Source: a virus (lineage: Duplodnaviria; Caudoviricetes). Taken from it: a stretch of DNA of 52,817 bases. Each line of letters begins with the position of its first letter. The first letter of the stretch is position 1. Below, piece after piece: positions 10,339-20,350 of the stretch. The stretch spans positions 1 to 52,817 of the IMG/VR virus record IMGVR_UViG_3300025301_000016. One strand, written 5' to 3'. The notes below the pieces were generated by a model. The model made no database searches and was not told the DNA's origin. It saw nothing but the letters and a program-made list of their open reading frames with translations. The translations under genes and the position numbers were made by a program.

Positions 10339-10797
10339 ATGCAATTCGCAAACGTATCTCGGGGACAAGCCGAGAAAGTCTTTGTCGTCGTGCAAGAGGG
10401 CGGCGATCAAGAGTTACTTCCGGGCAATATTGCCGAATTTGACGTTACTACGACCGATGCTGATCAGGGTTATGTGGTGTCGGGATCTAGTGTAACGGCT
10501 AATTTGACATTAGCGCCATCCAAGCCACTTGCTGGAATTTGTGATTCCACTCTTTCTACAAGTGACGTTGGAAGATTACAGATATATGGACCAGCCAATG
10601 TTAGAGTGGTGACTACTATTACAGCTGGATTGCCAGCAGCAGCTACTACTCATGATAGTGCTTCAATTGGAACCCATGTAGCTACTACTGCTTTAATGAC
10701 AACGGATGCTCATTATGGCGGTGGATTAGGAGTGATTGGGACTGTTCTTGAGGCAGTAAATGCCACAAATCATACAGTTCAATTACGAATGATGTAG
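10339..10797 (+). CDS. Putative capsid decoration/cement protein
   Basis: AGICDSTL...GRLQIYGP pattern, Gly/Ala/Thr-rich, head module. Confidence 0.65.
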   Translation: MQFANVSRGQAEKVFVVVQEGGDQELLPGNIAEFDVTTTDADQGYVVSGSSVTANLTLAPSKPLAGICDSTLSTSDVGRLQIYGPANVRVVTTITAGLPAAATTHDSASIGTHVATTALMTTDAHYGGGLGVIGTVLEAVNATNHTVQLRMM

Positions 10798-10802
10798 ATT
10801 TG

Positions 10803-10842
10803 AAGCAGGGTAGAATTAGCGCAATGATTCTACCCTGCTTTT
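10803..10842 (+). terminator. Rho-independent terminator after the capsid genes
   Basis: AAGCAGGGTAGAAT / ATTCTACCCTGCTT 14-bp stem running into T residues. Confidence 0.75.
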
Positions 10843-10878
10843 ATAAATTTTGTAATCGGAAAGGGAAAGAGGAGAGAA

Positions 10879-11739
10879 ATGGAAGATTTTGAAAAATATG
10901 ATGGATTTGGCGAGGCAAAAGTATTAGTAGCAACGCCTAACTACACTAATGCATTTGAAGCTCCAGTTCATACAAATCACATTGAATGTGTGTCGAAGTG
11001 GACAGAGTGGGAAATTAATTTCAATTGGACAATAATTGGACGCACGTTTGTGCAGTTCGCAAGAACGCAATTATGCCAAGTGGCAGCAGATGGAGGGTTT
11101 ACGCATCTCTTTTTTGTTGATGACGATGCTGTCGTTCCTCCAGAAATTTTACCTAGGTTTTTAAAGCATGATAAGGACATTGTGATAGCCCCTTATCCAA
11201 TGCGTAGATACCCACATGCGATTGGGGTTTTAAAAGCTGAAAATTGGCGCGATCATGGCACATATAGAAATTTAACATTTGACGATTTAAACAAAGGACT
11301 TGTTGAAGTAGATGGAGGTGGGACGCACTGTATGTTGATTAATGTAGATGTGTTTCACAAAAAAGGCATGACAGCTTCTTTTGATATAGGCTCTACTAAA
11401 AAGAATGAAGAACGTAGTCTTTTTGAAGAAGACGAAGAGGCCGCACATACTGGACCCGGAGGAACGGGAACTCCCTTTTTCGTTATGCCTAAGTCCGGAA
11501 CGGAAGATATGTACTTTTGCTATAGGGCCAAGCTAAAGGGCAGTGAGGTTTGGTGTGATACAGATGTATTTGCCGACCATGTAGGGTTTGCGCCAGTTAT
11601 AACAGAAGCTTGGGCGCGATATGGGGAAAAGAGTAAAGAAGACATTAATCCCAATGGGAAGCATATGGTATATGTGGCCGGATCGGATCAAAGAAGTGAA
11701 AATATCATACGATTAAGCAAGCCATCTAATTTAGTATGA
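10879..11739 (+). CDS. GT-A fold (GT2-like) glycosyltransferase
   Basis: VLVATP, ARTQLC...THLFFVDDD (DxD), VDGGGTHCMLI, TEDMYFCYRAK...VWCDTDVFADH. Confidence 0.85.
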   Translation: MEDFEKYDGFGEAKVLVATPNYTNAFEAPVHTNHIECVSKWTEWEINFNWTIIGRTFVQFARTQLCQVAADGGFTHLFFVDDDAVVPPEILPRFLKHDKDIVIAPYPMRRYPHAIGVLKAENWRDHGTYRNLTFDDLNKGLVEVDGGGTHCMLINVDVFHKKGMTASFDIGSTKKNEERSLFEEDEEAAHTGPGGTGTPFFVMPKSGTEDMYFCYRAKLKGSEVWCDTDVFADHVGFAPVITEAWARYGEKSKEDINPNGKHMVYVAGSDQRSENIIRLSKPSNLV

Positions 11740-11930
11740 TAGATATACGAATCTTTCAATGTAATACGTGCCTTAAGGGATTCGATCTTTCTTTATCAAA
11801 AGGGATAATTTGCTCCAAGTGTGGTAGCAATACATGGCGACAATGGAACGCGCGGCCACCGAAACAGCCACCCTTTTTTTGGCGACTTTTAATGTTGTGG
11901 CGTCACAAGGTGTGGATTAGAAATGTTTAA
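11736..11930 (+). CDS. Small zinc-ribbon protein
   Basis: CxxC...CxxC; ATGA overlap with the GT gene. Confidence 0.65.
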   Translation: MIDIRIFQCNTCLKGFDLSLSKGIICSKCGSNTWRQWNARPPKQPPFFWRLLMLWRHKVWIRNV

Positions 11931-11959
11931 ATCATTAATTATACAAATGAGGTAACAAA

Positions 11960-12295
11960 ATGTATGTACAATTATTAGAAGGTATGTCTCCATGGTCAGA
12001 AACGACGGCTGGAACAGATTCGGGTGCAACGGCAACTCATGCCGCTGCTACGAATGTTCAACATTTTGTTACTGGCGTTTCAGGTCATGGCGATCAAGAT
12101 GCTACATTGCAAATTAAGGATGGAAGTACAGTGATGGCAGAATTTAAAATTGATGTTTCAGTTGAAGGAATTTCCTTTAAGCCATGGACGGGCTTGATAC
12201 CTATCACGCCGGGGGCTGCTTGTAGTGCTGTTATTTCAGCATCTGGATCTGATTGTCAGGTCAATGTTAATGGATTTAGCATCATCAAACCGTAA
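11960..12295 (+). CDS. Putative virion structural protein
   Basis: GAGG RBS; beta-rich, LQIKDGSTV motif. Confidence 0.65.
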   Translation: MYVQLLEGMSPWSETTAGTDSGATATHAAATNVQHFVTGVSGHGDQDATLQIKDGSTVMAEFKIDVSVEGISFKPWTGLIPITPGAACSAVISASGSDCQVNVNGFSIIKP

Positions 12296-12306
12296 GGGAG
12301 GAAGTC

Positions 12307-13080
12307 ATGGCCAAGGCCAAGTTAATAATTGATCCTACAATACCATCTGCTATACAAAAAAAGTTAGATAGTGGCAAAGAGCACTTGTCAACGGGCGTTG
12401 AATTGCCGTTGAGTAAATCTGATAAATCCAAGGTGATTTTTAGTAAAATGGAGTCGCAGAATCCATTGGTTACTGATACAATACACCATGGCGAGTGGCA
12501 TATTCAGACGGTAGCTCATGAAAAATTGTCATTACTTGGGCGAATTAATGACGAAGAAGAGGTTGGCATTACAGAAGACGATGGTATAATTCTGGATTTT
12601 AAGGGAACCCCAGCTGCTGAAATAGCTATTGATATGCGTAGTAATCGTATCATGACGGACACTGAAGCTGAGTCAGAAGAAGAGACTTTAGGCGTTGAAT
12701 ATCCACGATTTACGCGCTTTGATTTTCGCTTGGAAAAGGTGACAATTACTGATGGTCCATCGCGTAGGCAGAAGTTAGTGCAGTCTGCCGATCAAGAGCG
12801 GATGGAAGGCGAAACCAATATGTTCGCTACGATGGAAAAATTCTTTGGTCGTATGATGGGAATGCAAACTAGCATGGCTGCAGCGCAGGCTGGTAAGGAC
12901 TTTGATCCATCTAAGTTTTTCTCTGAAGCAGTGGCCGATATGACCCCTGAGCAAATTGAAGCTCAGGCTCAAATGAAAGAAATAGAAGAAGAAGATGCTG
13001 AGCTTGATAAAGCCATTGAGTCTGGTAAGGTGGTGGAGTTTGAGCCCGGCGGTGCTGGCAAAGAAGAAAGTAAAAAATGA
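12307..13080 (+). CDS. Hypothetical acidic protein
   Basis: GGAGG RBS, 257 aa, coupled to next gene. Confidence 0.75.
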   Translation: MAKAKLIIDPTIPSAIQKKLDSGKEHLSTGVELPLSKSDKSKVIFSKMESQNPLVTDTIHHGEWHIQTVAHEKLSLLGRINDEEEVGITEDDGIILDFKGTPAAEIAIDMRSNRIMTDTEAESEEETLGVEYPRFTRFDFRLEKVTITDGPSRRQKLVQSADQERMEGETNMFATMEKFFGRMMGMQTSMAAAQAGKDFDPSKFFSEAVADMTPEQIEAQAQMKEIEEEDAELDKAIESGKVVEFEPGGAGKEESKK

Positions 13081-14291
13081 CCTATAAAGAGCTGAGAGAG
13101 CATATCCTTGATATGGCTTCGGAAGAAGCTGGCGATGATTTTGAGGATATGGTAAAAGTGGCTATCAACCTTGTCTACTTTGAATTATTAGAAGAAACAG
13201 AGAACGACATAGAGCGTAGAGAGTTTACGCTTACTACAGCGGCCAATCGTTCACAGTATGGATTGCCCATGTACGTAGAGCGCGTTCTAAATTTCGATGA
13301 TGCTACTGCTAAGTGGCAGATTGAAATGATTTCATCTAATCAATTTGATCGTGAAGAACCCGGAAATATAGACACGGGAACAGCATTCTCGGCTTATCCA
13401 TTGGGCGATTTTGGAGTAGAACGCCAGCCAGTCGTTTCTTCCGCGTTAAAGTTAACTTCTTCATCAACTGCTGATGATGGGGCTAACTTTAATTGTGTGG
13501 CTCGTGGAATGTCCAGTGGCGTATTGACTCGTGATGCGATGGAAATGGATGGGACATCAAGCGTTACATCGTCAACTACTTTTGATGCTAACGGCATGGA
13601 AAGGTTTGTTTTGAGCACCTCTCAAAATAAAACTTTTGCAGGGACTGTAACTGTTAAGGATGCGACTGTGACATGTGCAGTAGATACGGGAACTACTGCC
13701 TCAACAACTACTACGTTGGTGACCGATACAAGTGGGCTATCAACGACAGATGATACATATAATGGTAAGACGATAACCTTTACATCTGGCGCTTTAAGTG
13801 GAACGACCACAACCATAACAGATTATGATGCATCAGATTTAACATTCACCTTTGAGGCCGTAGCTTCTGCCCCTGCTGATGACGTTGCGTTTACTATTGA
13901 CGGCTGGAAGTTGATGGAGTTGCCACCTTTTTATGGAGATTCTCCAACATATCAATGGTGGGAGTTTCATCCAATTCCTGATGATAAGCGTGATCTTACT
14001 GTTCGAGCTATCATGCGTAAGCCACCATTAGTTAATGATGATGACTGGCCTGAAATACCAGAGAACTATCATGACTTGATTATTGAAGGTGCTGCAGCTT
14101 CTATCTTACCGGTAGTAGGAAAAACCAGTGCAGCAGATCGTTCTCAGCGTCGCTTTGATAGGCGCTTGAGAAAGTTTGCAGGAAAGACACAAAAGAGGGC
14201 AGGGCGTATTCGCTCTTTTGAGAATGTTACAAATGTTTTTGTTAATGTTACTCCGGGATCTCCAACATATCCACGTAATATTCCAACGTAG
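13077..14291 (+). CDS. Head-tail adaptor-like protein with inserted beta domains
   Basis: MTYKELREHI N-terminus, SQYGLP, HPIPD, PEIPENYHDLIIEGAA. Confidence 0.75.
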   Translation: MTYKELREHILDMASEEAGDDFEDMVKVAINLVYFELLEETENDIERREFTLTTAANRSQYGLPMYVERVLNFDDATAKWQIEMISSNQFDREEPGNIDTGTAFSAYPLGDFGVERQPVVSSALKLTSSSTADDGANFNCVARGMSSGVLTRDAMEMDGTSSVTSSTTFDANGMERFVLSTSQNKTFAGTVTVKDATVTCAVDTGTTASTTTTLVTDTSGLSTTDDTYNGKTITFTSGALSGTTTTITDYDASDLTFTFEAVASAPADDVAFTIDGWKLMELPPFYGDSPTYQWWEFHPIPDDKRDLTVRAIMRKPPLVNDDDWPEIPENYHDLIIEGAAASILPVVGKTSAADRSQRRFDRRLRKFAGKTQKRAGRIRSFENVTNVFVNVTPGSPTYPRNIPT

Positions 14292-14297
14292 GCATAA

Positions 14298-15866
14298 ATG
14301 GCAGTTGAACCCCAAATAACCCAAGACCTAGCAACGTCGCCTATATTTAGGTTTAGAGGTCAGCGATCTCGTTGGAGGTATCCACATCCACGCTTAGAGC
14401 CCGAGGTCTGTGTAAAAGTTTCAAACATTAACTTTTCAGAGTTTGGAACTACCGATAGACGCAGGGGATACGAAAAGTATAGCACATCACAGTTGACTAG
14501 CTCGGAGCCAGTTGTGGGACTTCACCAGCAAAAGTTCTTAACTCCTGACGCTACGTACGAAATCATTAATACTCCTGATAAAATCTACGCCGATGCCGCT
14601 GGTGCTTCTCGCAAAAACATAACAGGTAGTATTAGCCTTACTGGTGGAGGTAACGATTACGTTCGTAGCGTCTTTATTTTAGATACGGTTGTACAAACAA
14701 ACGGTATTGATGCTCCGTGGAAATGGCTGGGAGACTATGCTACTCCGACAAATGCAGCGGCACTTACGGCGGCATCTACCTTAGAGCGTTGCAAGGATTT
14801 TGTTGTTAATGAGAACTTATTAGTGGCGCTCTATACTCGTGAATCTTCTACATGGTATCCCACTAGAGTTCGTTGGTCTGATATAGACACAAATACATTC
14901 CAACCGGATATCAGTAATTGGCCTACTGATAATCGCTATGAGATAGATGAAGGCACGGAAGAAATTGTAGGCGGCATTGATAACTTTGGTCGTGTTCTGA
15001 TCTTCAAAAGGAATGGAGTGTATCCCGGTTATTTCCAATTTACACAAGGATATATAACCTTCCATCAGGAAGAGCCCAAGTTGGGATTTCGACCAGTGGC
15101 AAGAAATTCTATTGTTAAGCGTCCTGATTTTGTATGGTGCGTTGCAGATGATGGTTGTTACATAGTAGATGCAGACCTAAAGGTTCAAAAGGTAACGGAT
15201 GACATACAGAATGAGTGGGAAGGTTTAAATAAAAGCAGATTGAAGTATGCGGTGTCAACTGTAAGAGTTAAGGACCATCAGGTCAGAACGCTATTGTCTT
15301 CTGCTGACAATTCTGCAGGGCATGATTTAATTTTGATTTGGGATTGGGAAACGGGCGACATTGGATTTGATAGGCCGTCTGATGTGATGAATTATATGGT
15401 TAATAGATATGATACAAATAACAATGAATTAGATTGGATGGGCGGTGCCCTTTCAGGATATTTGTATGATGGTAATGGTTCAAGTGTAACAACAGACGAT
15501 GCTACTAATTATTCTTGGGAAATAATAACTGCAGCCAATGACTTGCAGGCTCCAAATAGAGTTAAGATTATAAAAAATGTTACTGTTTGGTATAAAGCAA
15601 CAGGGGGGAGTCCAACGGCTACTCTTGAAGTTGTTAGAGATCAAGGGGTGCGTAGTACTCGGACTAAGACATTAACATTGGGTGGAGGAACTGTTTATAA
15701 CGCAGGGAATTTATACAACTCGGGACTTACATGGCCCGGAGGATCAAACCGGAAAGCGAGATTTTTTGTCAACCGTTCAGCTGAGAATGTATCTGTGCGC
15801 CTGTATGGAGATGGCGATGCTAACTTGCATGGATATTCTGTAGAATATCTACCAGCTGAGGGGTAG
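14298..15866 (+). CDS. Tail nozzle / DNA stabilisation protein (P22 gp10-like)
   Basis: TDRRRGYEK, TNGIDAP, RVRWSD, VLIFKRNGVY beta-propeller motifs; follows the adaptor. Confidence 0.75.
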   Translation: MAVEPQITQDLATSPIFRFRGQRSRWRYPHPRLEPEVCVKVSNINFSEFGTTDRRRGYEKYSTSQLTSSEPVVGLHQQKFLTPDATYEIINTPDKIYADAAGASRKNITGSISLTGGGNDYVRSVFILDTVVQTNGIDAPWKWLGDYATPTNAAALTAASTLERCKDFVVNENLLVALYTRESSTWYPTRVRWSDIDTNTFQPDISNWPTDNRYEIDEGTEEIVGGIDNFGRVLIFKRNGVYPGYFQFTQGYITFHQEEPKLGFRPVARNSIVKRPDFVWCVADDGCYIVDADLKVQKVTDDIQNEWEGLNKSRLKYAVSTVRVKDHQVRTLLSSADNSAGHDLILIWDWETGDIGFDRPSDVMNYMVNRYDTNNNELDWMGGALSGYLYDGNGSSVTTDDATNYSWEIITAANDLQAPNRVKIIKNVTVWYKATGGSPTATLEVVRDQGVRSTRTKTLTLGGGTVYNAGNLYNSGLTWPGGSNRKARFFVNRSAENVSVRLYGDGDANLHGYSVEYLPAEG

Positions 15867-15908
15867 GCTCTGACATGGGGAACTAAACCAGCTTGAAGGA
15901 GCGATCAA

Positions 15909-18900
15909 ATGGCTACACCAACTTATACCGATCCTAGTACGCTACCCTCTTCGGGTGGCGATATAGATGCTGAACCATTAGCAAACAGGTTTCAGGGTCT
16001 TCACAACTTTTTAAATGAAGCTTCAAATATAGATGAAGATAATGTAGACCTTACTAGTACTAATGGTCTCATGGGTTTGTCTACAGCCCAAGCCGTAACG
16101 GGCTTAAAGAGCTTTTCTAATACATCCGCAGCTGCTGGTGGTGTCAGAACTGCTGGTGTATTTCAGCATAATCCTGCCAGTGGTGATGCAGCAGATGCTG
16201 ATGGCGTAGAGATCATTTTCAGGGGCGATGATGACGGTGGGAATACAGCTGATTATGGCGAAATAGAATGCGTCTTTACTGATACTGCTGTCACTGGAGA
16301 AGATTCAGACTTTTTTATAAAAGTACTAGTGGCTGCTACTGCACGTAATGTCTTGAGTATAGGTAGTGCAGGTACAGTATTTAATGAAGACTCACAGGAT
16401 CTTGACTTTAGAATTGAAACTGACAATATCGCCAACGGATTCTCGGTAGACGCAGGGCTTGACACCTTCTCTTTTGGCGCTGCGGCAGTTGATGACCAGT
16501 TCGTTAAGATTGCCACTCCTACGGCAACGCATACTGCCACAACAAATACCTATGCTCTAAATGTTCAGCCCGGAGGAGCGCAAACTATTCCGAGTGGGAC
16601 GACGGCTTACGCAGGATCGGTAAATATCGAAGAACCGAATCTGACAGCAACTGGAACAGTTACAAATGCATTTACCCTGAGGGTTGGTGGAGCGCCTACA
16701 GAAGGTGGCACCACTAATTATGCATTATGGGTAGATTCTGGGGCATCTCAGTTAGATGGAACCTTAGGAGTTGGCGGTGCGCTTAATTTGTCTACTGTTG
16801 CAGCGGCAGGGTCAGATACAGATAAGTTCTTAGTTCTTGATAGCTCTGGAAATGTTGACTATCGCACAGGTGCTCAAGTTTTAAGTGATATTGGAGGGGC
16901 GTCATCAGCTTCAGGTTCTGGTGATTTTAGTGGCCCCGGAAGCTCCACGGATAATGCCATTGTTCGATTTGATGGTACTGGCGGTAAGACGGGACAAACG
17001 TCCAGCGTTCTCATTGATGACAGTAATAATATATCTGGCGTTGGGACTTTGGGATCAGGCGCAATTACAAGTACGGGCGTAGTTACAGGATCGGGATTTA
17101 CAATTGGCTCTGCTGTTATTGGAGAAGCTGAATTAGAAATACTTGACGGGGCTACTGTTACTACTACCGAGCTGAATCTAATAGATGGAGGCACTGCCAG
17201 AGGAACTGATGCGGTGGCCTCTGGTGATGGCATCCTCATTAATGATGCCGGTACGATGAAGATGACCAACGTAGATACGGTCAGTACTTATTTCGCCAGT
17301 CATAGTGTAGGCGGTACTAACATTGCCACAGTAGGTACAATTAGCACTGGTGCATGGCAGGGAGACGTTATTGCTTCAGCTTACCTCGACTCAGATACAG
17401 CGCATCTTGGTGTAGTCCAGACCTTTACTGCAAATAAGACTTTTACGGGCACTGTTACCGTAGGCGTTGATGATGATGGTAAGGATGTAAAGTTTTTTGG
17501 AGAATCTGCTGGTGCGTACATGGAGTGGGATGAGAGTGCCGATCAATTAAGATTGGTTGGCCCGTCAGCTGATGCAGCTGGAAGTTCAGGGAAATTATTA
17601 CTTGCTACAGCCCAGACGGATGTTCGCGCCAATGATGTCCTTGGACAGATTGAATTTCAAGCACCACTAGAGGCTCAAGATACTGACGCAAGAGCAATTG
17701 CCGCCTCTATTAAGGCTATAGCGCAAGACACTTTTACAGCCAGTGTTAATGCCACTGATTTGATTTTTTATACAGGGCATTCTGAAGCGGCCACTGAAAA
17801 GTTCAGGATCACCTCTCAAGGGGAGCTGGGCATAGGTGGTGCAAACTATGGATCTGATGGTCAGGTGCTGACTTCGACGGGGGCTGGTACAGCACCGGCA
17901 TGGGAGGCATTGCCATCATCTGGCGCAACTTTATCTGGATCAACGGACAATGGCTTAGTTACGGCAACTGGTGCTAACGCTATGGCAGCGGAGTCCACTG
18001 CAACCTATGACAATAGTCAACTGATACTTCCAGATGGCTCGGTATCCGCGCCTTGTGTAACGAATACGGGCGACCTTAATGCAGGGTTGTATTTCCCCGG
18101 CACCGACATAATAGGAATGACAACTGCTGGCACTGAACGAATGCGCTTCGGGGCAGACGGCACTTGTTACATAGGGTCGAACATACCGTCCAACAACGAG
18201 ATGGGCCACGGTCTGATTATAAAAACGTCGGGCGACGACCAGAACGCTCTGGCTCTATATGACACTGATATAGCTCATGCGTTCACCGCCCAAAACTCTG
18301 AAACAGACATGTATGCCCAATTCCGAAAGACAAGTGATGATTATGGTGGTCTGCGAATACGCTCGTTTATGGAGGATGTTGATGCACGACATTCAATGAT
18401 TTTTCAGGCGTTTGGAGGGCAAGGCGTCGCTGCGAAAAGCACCGGTGGTGAGGGCCTGATTGAATTTCAGGCATATGAGACTGATGGGAGTGGAAATTAT
18501 GCAGACGTTACATCTGATAGTAACATTTGGGTTTTGAGAGCGATGGTAGGCAGCGGTAACCGTACTCTATTCATCATTGATGAAGACGGTGACATTTTCT
18601 ATGACGGGTCAGCAGCGTCTATGGATAATTTCGATGATGCCCAGTTGATCCGCTGCATGTCACTGGAGACAACAAAAGATCCTAAAACCTTAGTGCGCAG
18701 CCGATGGGATCATCTGGTCAAATACAAGAAAGACGATCTCGTATCCGCTGGTTTGTTGGGAGCCGTAACGCCCGAAGAAGAGGCCAAGGGTCATACGGGG
18801 CTGGTGAACGCGTGTCAGATGCAGCGCCTGTTTATGGGAGCGCATTGGCAATCATATGAAGATCGTGCTGAAATGCGTGAAACAATTGAGTCCCTCCAAG

Positions 18901-18944
18901 GACGACTTACCGAAGCAGAAACCACAATTAAGAGGTTGACATAA
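15909..18944 (+). CDS. Tail fibre / receptor-binding protein
   Basis: 1011 aa Gly/Thr/Ser/Ala-rich; fibre motifs STDNAIVRFDGTGG, EKFRITSQG, GQVLTSTGAGTAPAW; C-terminal coiled coil. Confidence 0.85.
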   Translation: MATPTYTDPSTLPSSGGDIDAEPLANRFQGLHNFLNEASNIDEDNVDLTSTNGLMGLSTAQAVTGLKSFSNTSAAAGGVRTAGVFQHNPASGDAADADGVEIIFRGDDDGGNTADYGEIECVFTDTAVTGEDSDFFIKVLVAATARNVLSIGSAGTVFNEDSQDLDFRIETDNIANGFSVDAGLDTFSFGAAAVDDQFVKIATPTATHTATTNTYALNVQPGGAQTIPSGTTAYAGSVNIEEPNLTATGTVTNAFTLRVGGAPTEGGTTNYALWVDSGASQLDGTLGVGGALNLSTVAAAGSDTDKFLVLDSSGNVDYRTGAQVLSDIGGASSASGSGDFSGPGSSTDNAIVRFDGTGGKTGQTSSVLIDDSNNISGVGTLGSGAITSTGVVTGSGFTIGSAVIGEAELEILDGATVTTTELNLIDGGTARGTDAVASGDGILINDAGTMKMTNVDTVSTYFASHSVGGTNIATVGTISTGAWQGDVIASAYLDSDTAHLGVVQTFTANKTFTGTVTVGVDDDGKDVKFFGESAGAYMEWDESADQLRLVGPSADAAGSSGKLLLATAQTDVRANDVLGQIEFQAPLEAQDTDARAIAASIKAIAQDTFTASVNATDLIFYTGHSEAATEKFRITSQGELGIGGANYGSDGQVLTSTGAGTAPAWEALPSSGATLSGSTDNGLVTATGANAMAAESTATYDNSQLILPDGSVSAPCVTNTGDLNAGLYFPGTDIIGMTTAGTERMRFGADGTCYIGSNIPSNNEMGHGLIIKTSGDDQNALALYDTDIAHAFTAQNSETDMYAQFRKTSDDYGGLRIRSFMEDVDARHSMIFQAFGGQGVAAKSTGGEGLIEFQAYETDGSGNYADVTSDSNIWVLRAMVGSGNRTLFIIDEDGDIFYDGSAASMDNFDDAQLIRCMSLETTKDPKTLVRSRWDHLVKYKKDDLVSAGLLGAVTPEEEAKGHTGLVNACQMQRLFMGAHWQSYEDRAEMRETIESLQGRLTEAETTIKRLT

Positions 18945-19264
18945 TGGCTATCACGGCAAACGTAGCAGTATCGAATCAAGGCTTTTCTATGAATGGTGCC
19001 TATCTGAAAATTCCGGGTGTGAAGGTGCGGAAATTGGGAGATGGATCTTATAGGATCATTTACGAAGTCCGCATTTTTACAAATCAATCGGCCCGTAACG
19101 CGGCGGGGTCAGATGGACGCCAACCGGAGCCATCGGTCAGAGTCAAAGGTATGGATCAGTTTTCTGCTACCTATGATCCAACAAGTAATGCTAATCCATG
19201 GGCACAGGCGTATGCGAATTTAAAAACGAAGACGAATCTTCTGGCATCCATATCAGATGCTTAA
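18944..19264 (+). CDS. Tail fibre-associated protein
   Basis: Coupled to the fibre gene; GAYLKI...QAYANLK pattern. Confidence 0.65.
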   Translation: MAITANVAVSNQGFSMNGAYLKIPGVKVRKLGDGSYRIIYEVRIFTNQSARNAAGSDGRQPEPSVRVKGMDQFSATYDPTSNANPWAQAYANLKTKTNLLASISDA

Positions 19265-19344
19265 AAGAGTACTAATAATTACAGGAGGCGTGATATCTAT
19301 ATTGGCCTTAGCGACGATATGGCAACTCCTGATCTCGATGTAAG

Positions 19345-19770
19345 ATGGCACGGTTCAAGCGGCCAGATGCGTGTAATTCTTTTGGAGAGATTAAAGAGGA
19401 GTACATCAGATGCCTGAAGGCATTAAAGGAGTGCCAACAGGAGCGCAAATTAGCGTTCAGCGTTGGCAGTTCGGATCGAAAAGAGTTACAGGAAACAAGG
19501 GAAGAAGTTAAGGAAACCACTCGTCAGGTTAAGATACTTACCACTCGGGAAGAAGAAGCTAAAAAACAGTCGAGACAAACAACGATAGCTTCCACTACGG
19601 CCGGTACGCTAATGGTAGTACTCTATCAGATCTGGGAAATAAGTCATGGGTGGCCCGGAGGCAGTCAGTGGCAAAGTTTTTGGCAACACGAAGCAGTTAG
19701 CGGATCTGTAATGTGGGGCATAACAATGGCGATTGTTATACTACGTAGGATTTATGAAGGCGGAAGATGA
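19345..19770 (+). CDS. Coiled-coil membrane protein, holin candidate
   Basis: Two C-terminal hydrophobic segments; lysis-module position. Confidence 0.55.
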   Translation: MARFKRPDACNSFGEIKEEYIRCLKALKECQQERKLAFSVGSSDRKELQETREEVKETTRQVKILTTREEEAKKQSRQTTIASTTAGTLMVVLYQIWEISHGWPGGSQWQSFWQHEAVSGSVMWGITMAIVILRRIYEGGR

Positions 19771-19949
19771 TATACACTGAAACACTAAACGAGGCGTTAA
19801 AGCTATGCACAACAACAGAGGCTGTACCAACTGTCGTTAAGGACGCGCTGCTTGAATTGGTGCAGAAAGTTCAGGCGTCGTCGCAAGATCGACCGCAAGG
19901 TATGGGAACGGATACAGCGGCGAGATGCCAATGCGGGAAGGCAACCTAA
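19767..19949 (+). CDS. Hypothetical protein
   Basis: ATGA overlap with the upstream ORF. Confidence 0.55.
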   Translation: MIYTETLNEALKLCTTTEAVPTVVKDALLELVQKVQASSQDRPQGMGTDTAARCQCGKAT

Positions 19950-19961
19950 AAGGAGAAGAGC

Positions 19962-20141
19962 ATGGAACAGGTTGAAGTAGACCAGAACATAGAGCAGTTA
20001 CAGCAACAGTTACAGCAACGTGCAAATCAACTAGTGTCTGAAGACCCAATATCTCAGCGTATAATGGGTAAAATAGAGGCATACAAATCTATGACTCCAT
20101 CGGTTAGTGCGAATGGAGAACTTATAGAGGAGACAGAATAA
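19962..20141 (+). CDS. Small Gln-rich coiled-coil protein, 59 aa (not in ORF track)
   Basis: AAGGAG RBS; MEQVEVDQNIEQLQQQLQQRANQL...; TAATG coupling to the next gene. Confidence 0.7.
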   Translation: MEQVEVDQNIEQLQQQLQQRANQLVSEDPISQRIMGKIEAYKSMTPSVSANGELIEETE

Positions 20142-20344
20142 TGGGATCATTTTTAACGGAACGGCTACAAAGTCTTGTCAGTAAGAAATTAGGTGCTGCT
20201 GTACTAGGCGAAGGCGTAGTTGCCGCTAGTGCACCTGACTTAGCAGGTCAGCCTACTCTTGTATTTATCGTAATGCAAGCGTTGGTAGATGCTGTGAAGT
20301 ATTACACAGATAAAAAGTTTGGAAGTTCCAACGGCGAAGGCTAG
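20141..20344 (+). CDS. Small hydrophobic protein, holin candidate
   Basis: SKKL followed by hydrophobic segments; directly before the DUF5675-like gene. Confidence 0.55.
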   Translation: MGSFLTERLQSLVSKKLGAAVLGEGVVAASAPDLAGQPTLVFIVMQALVDAVKYYTDKKFGSSNGEG

Positions 20345-20350
20345 TTCTGA

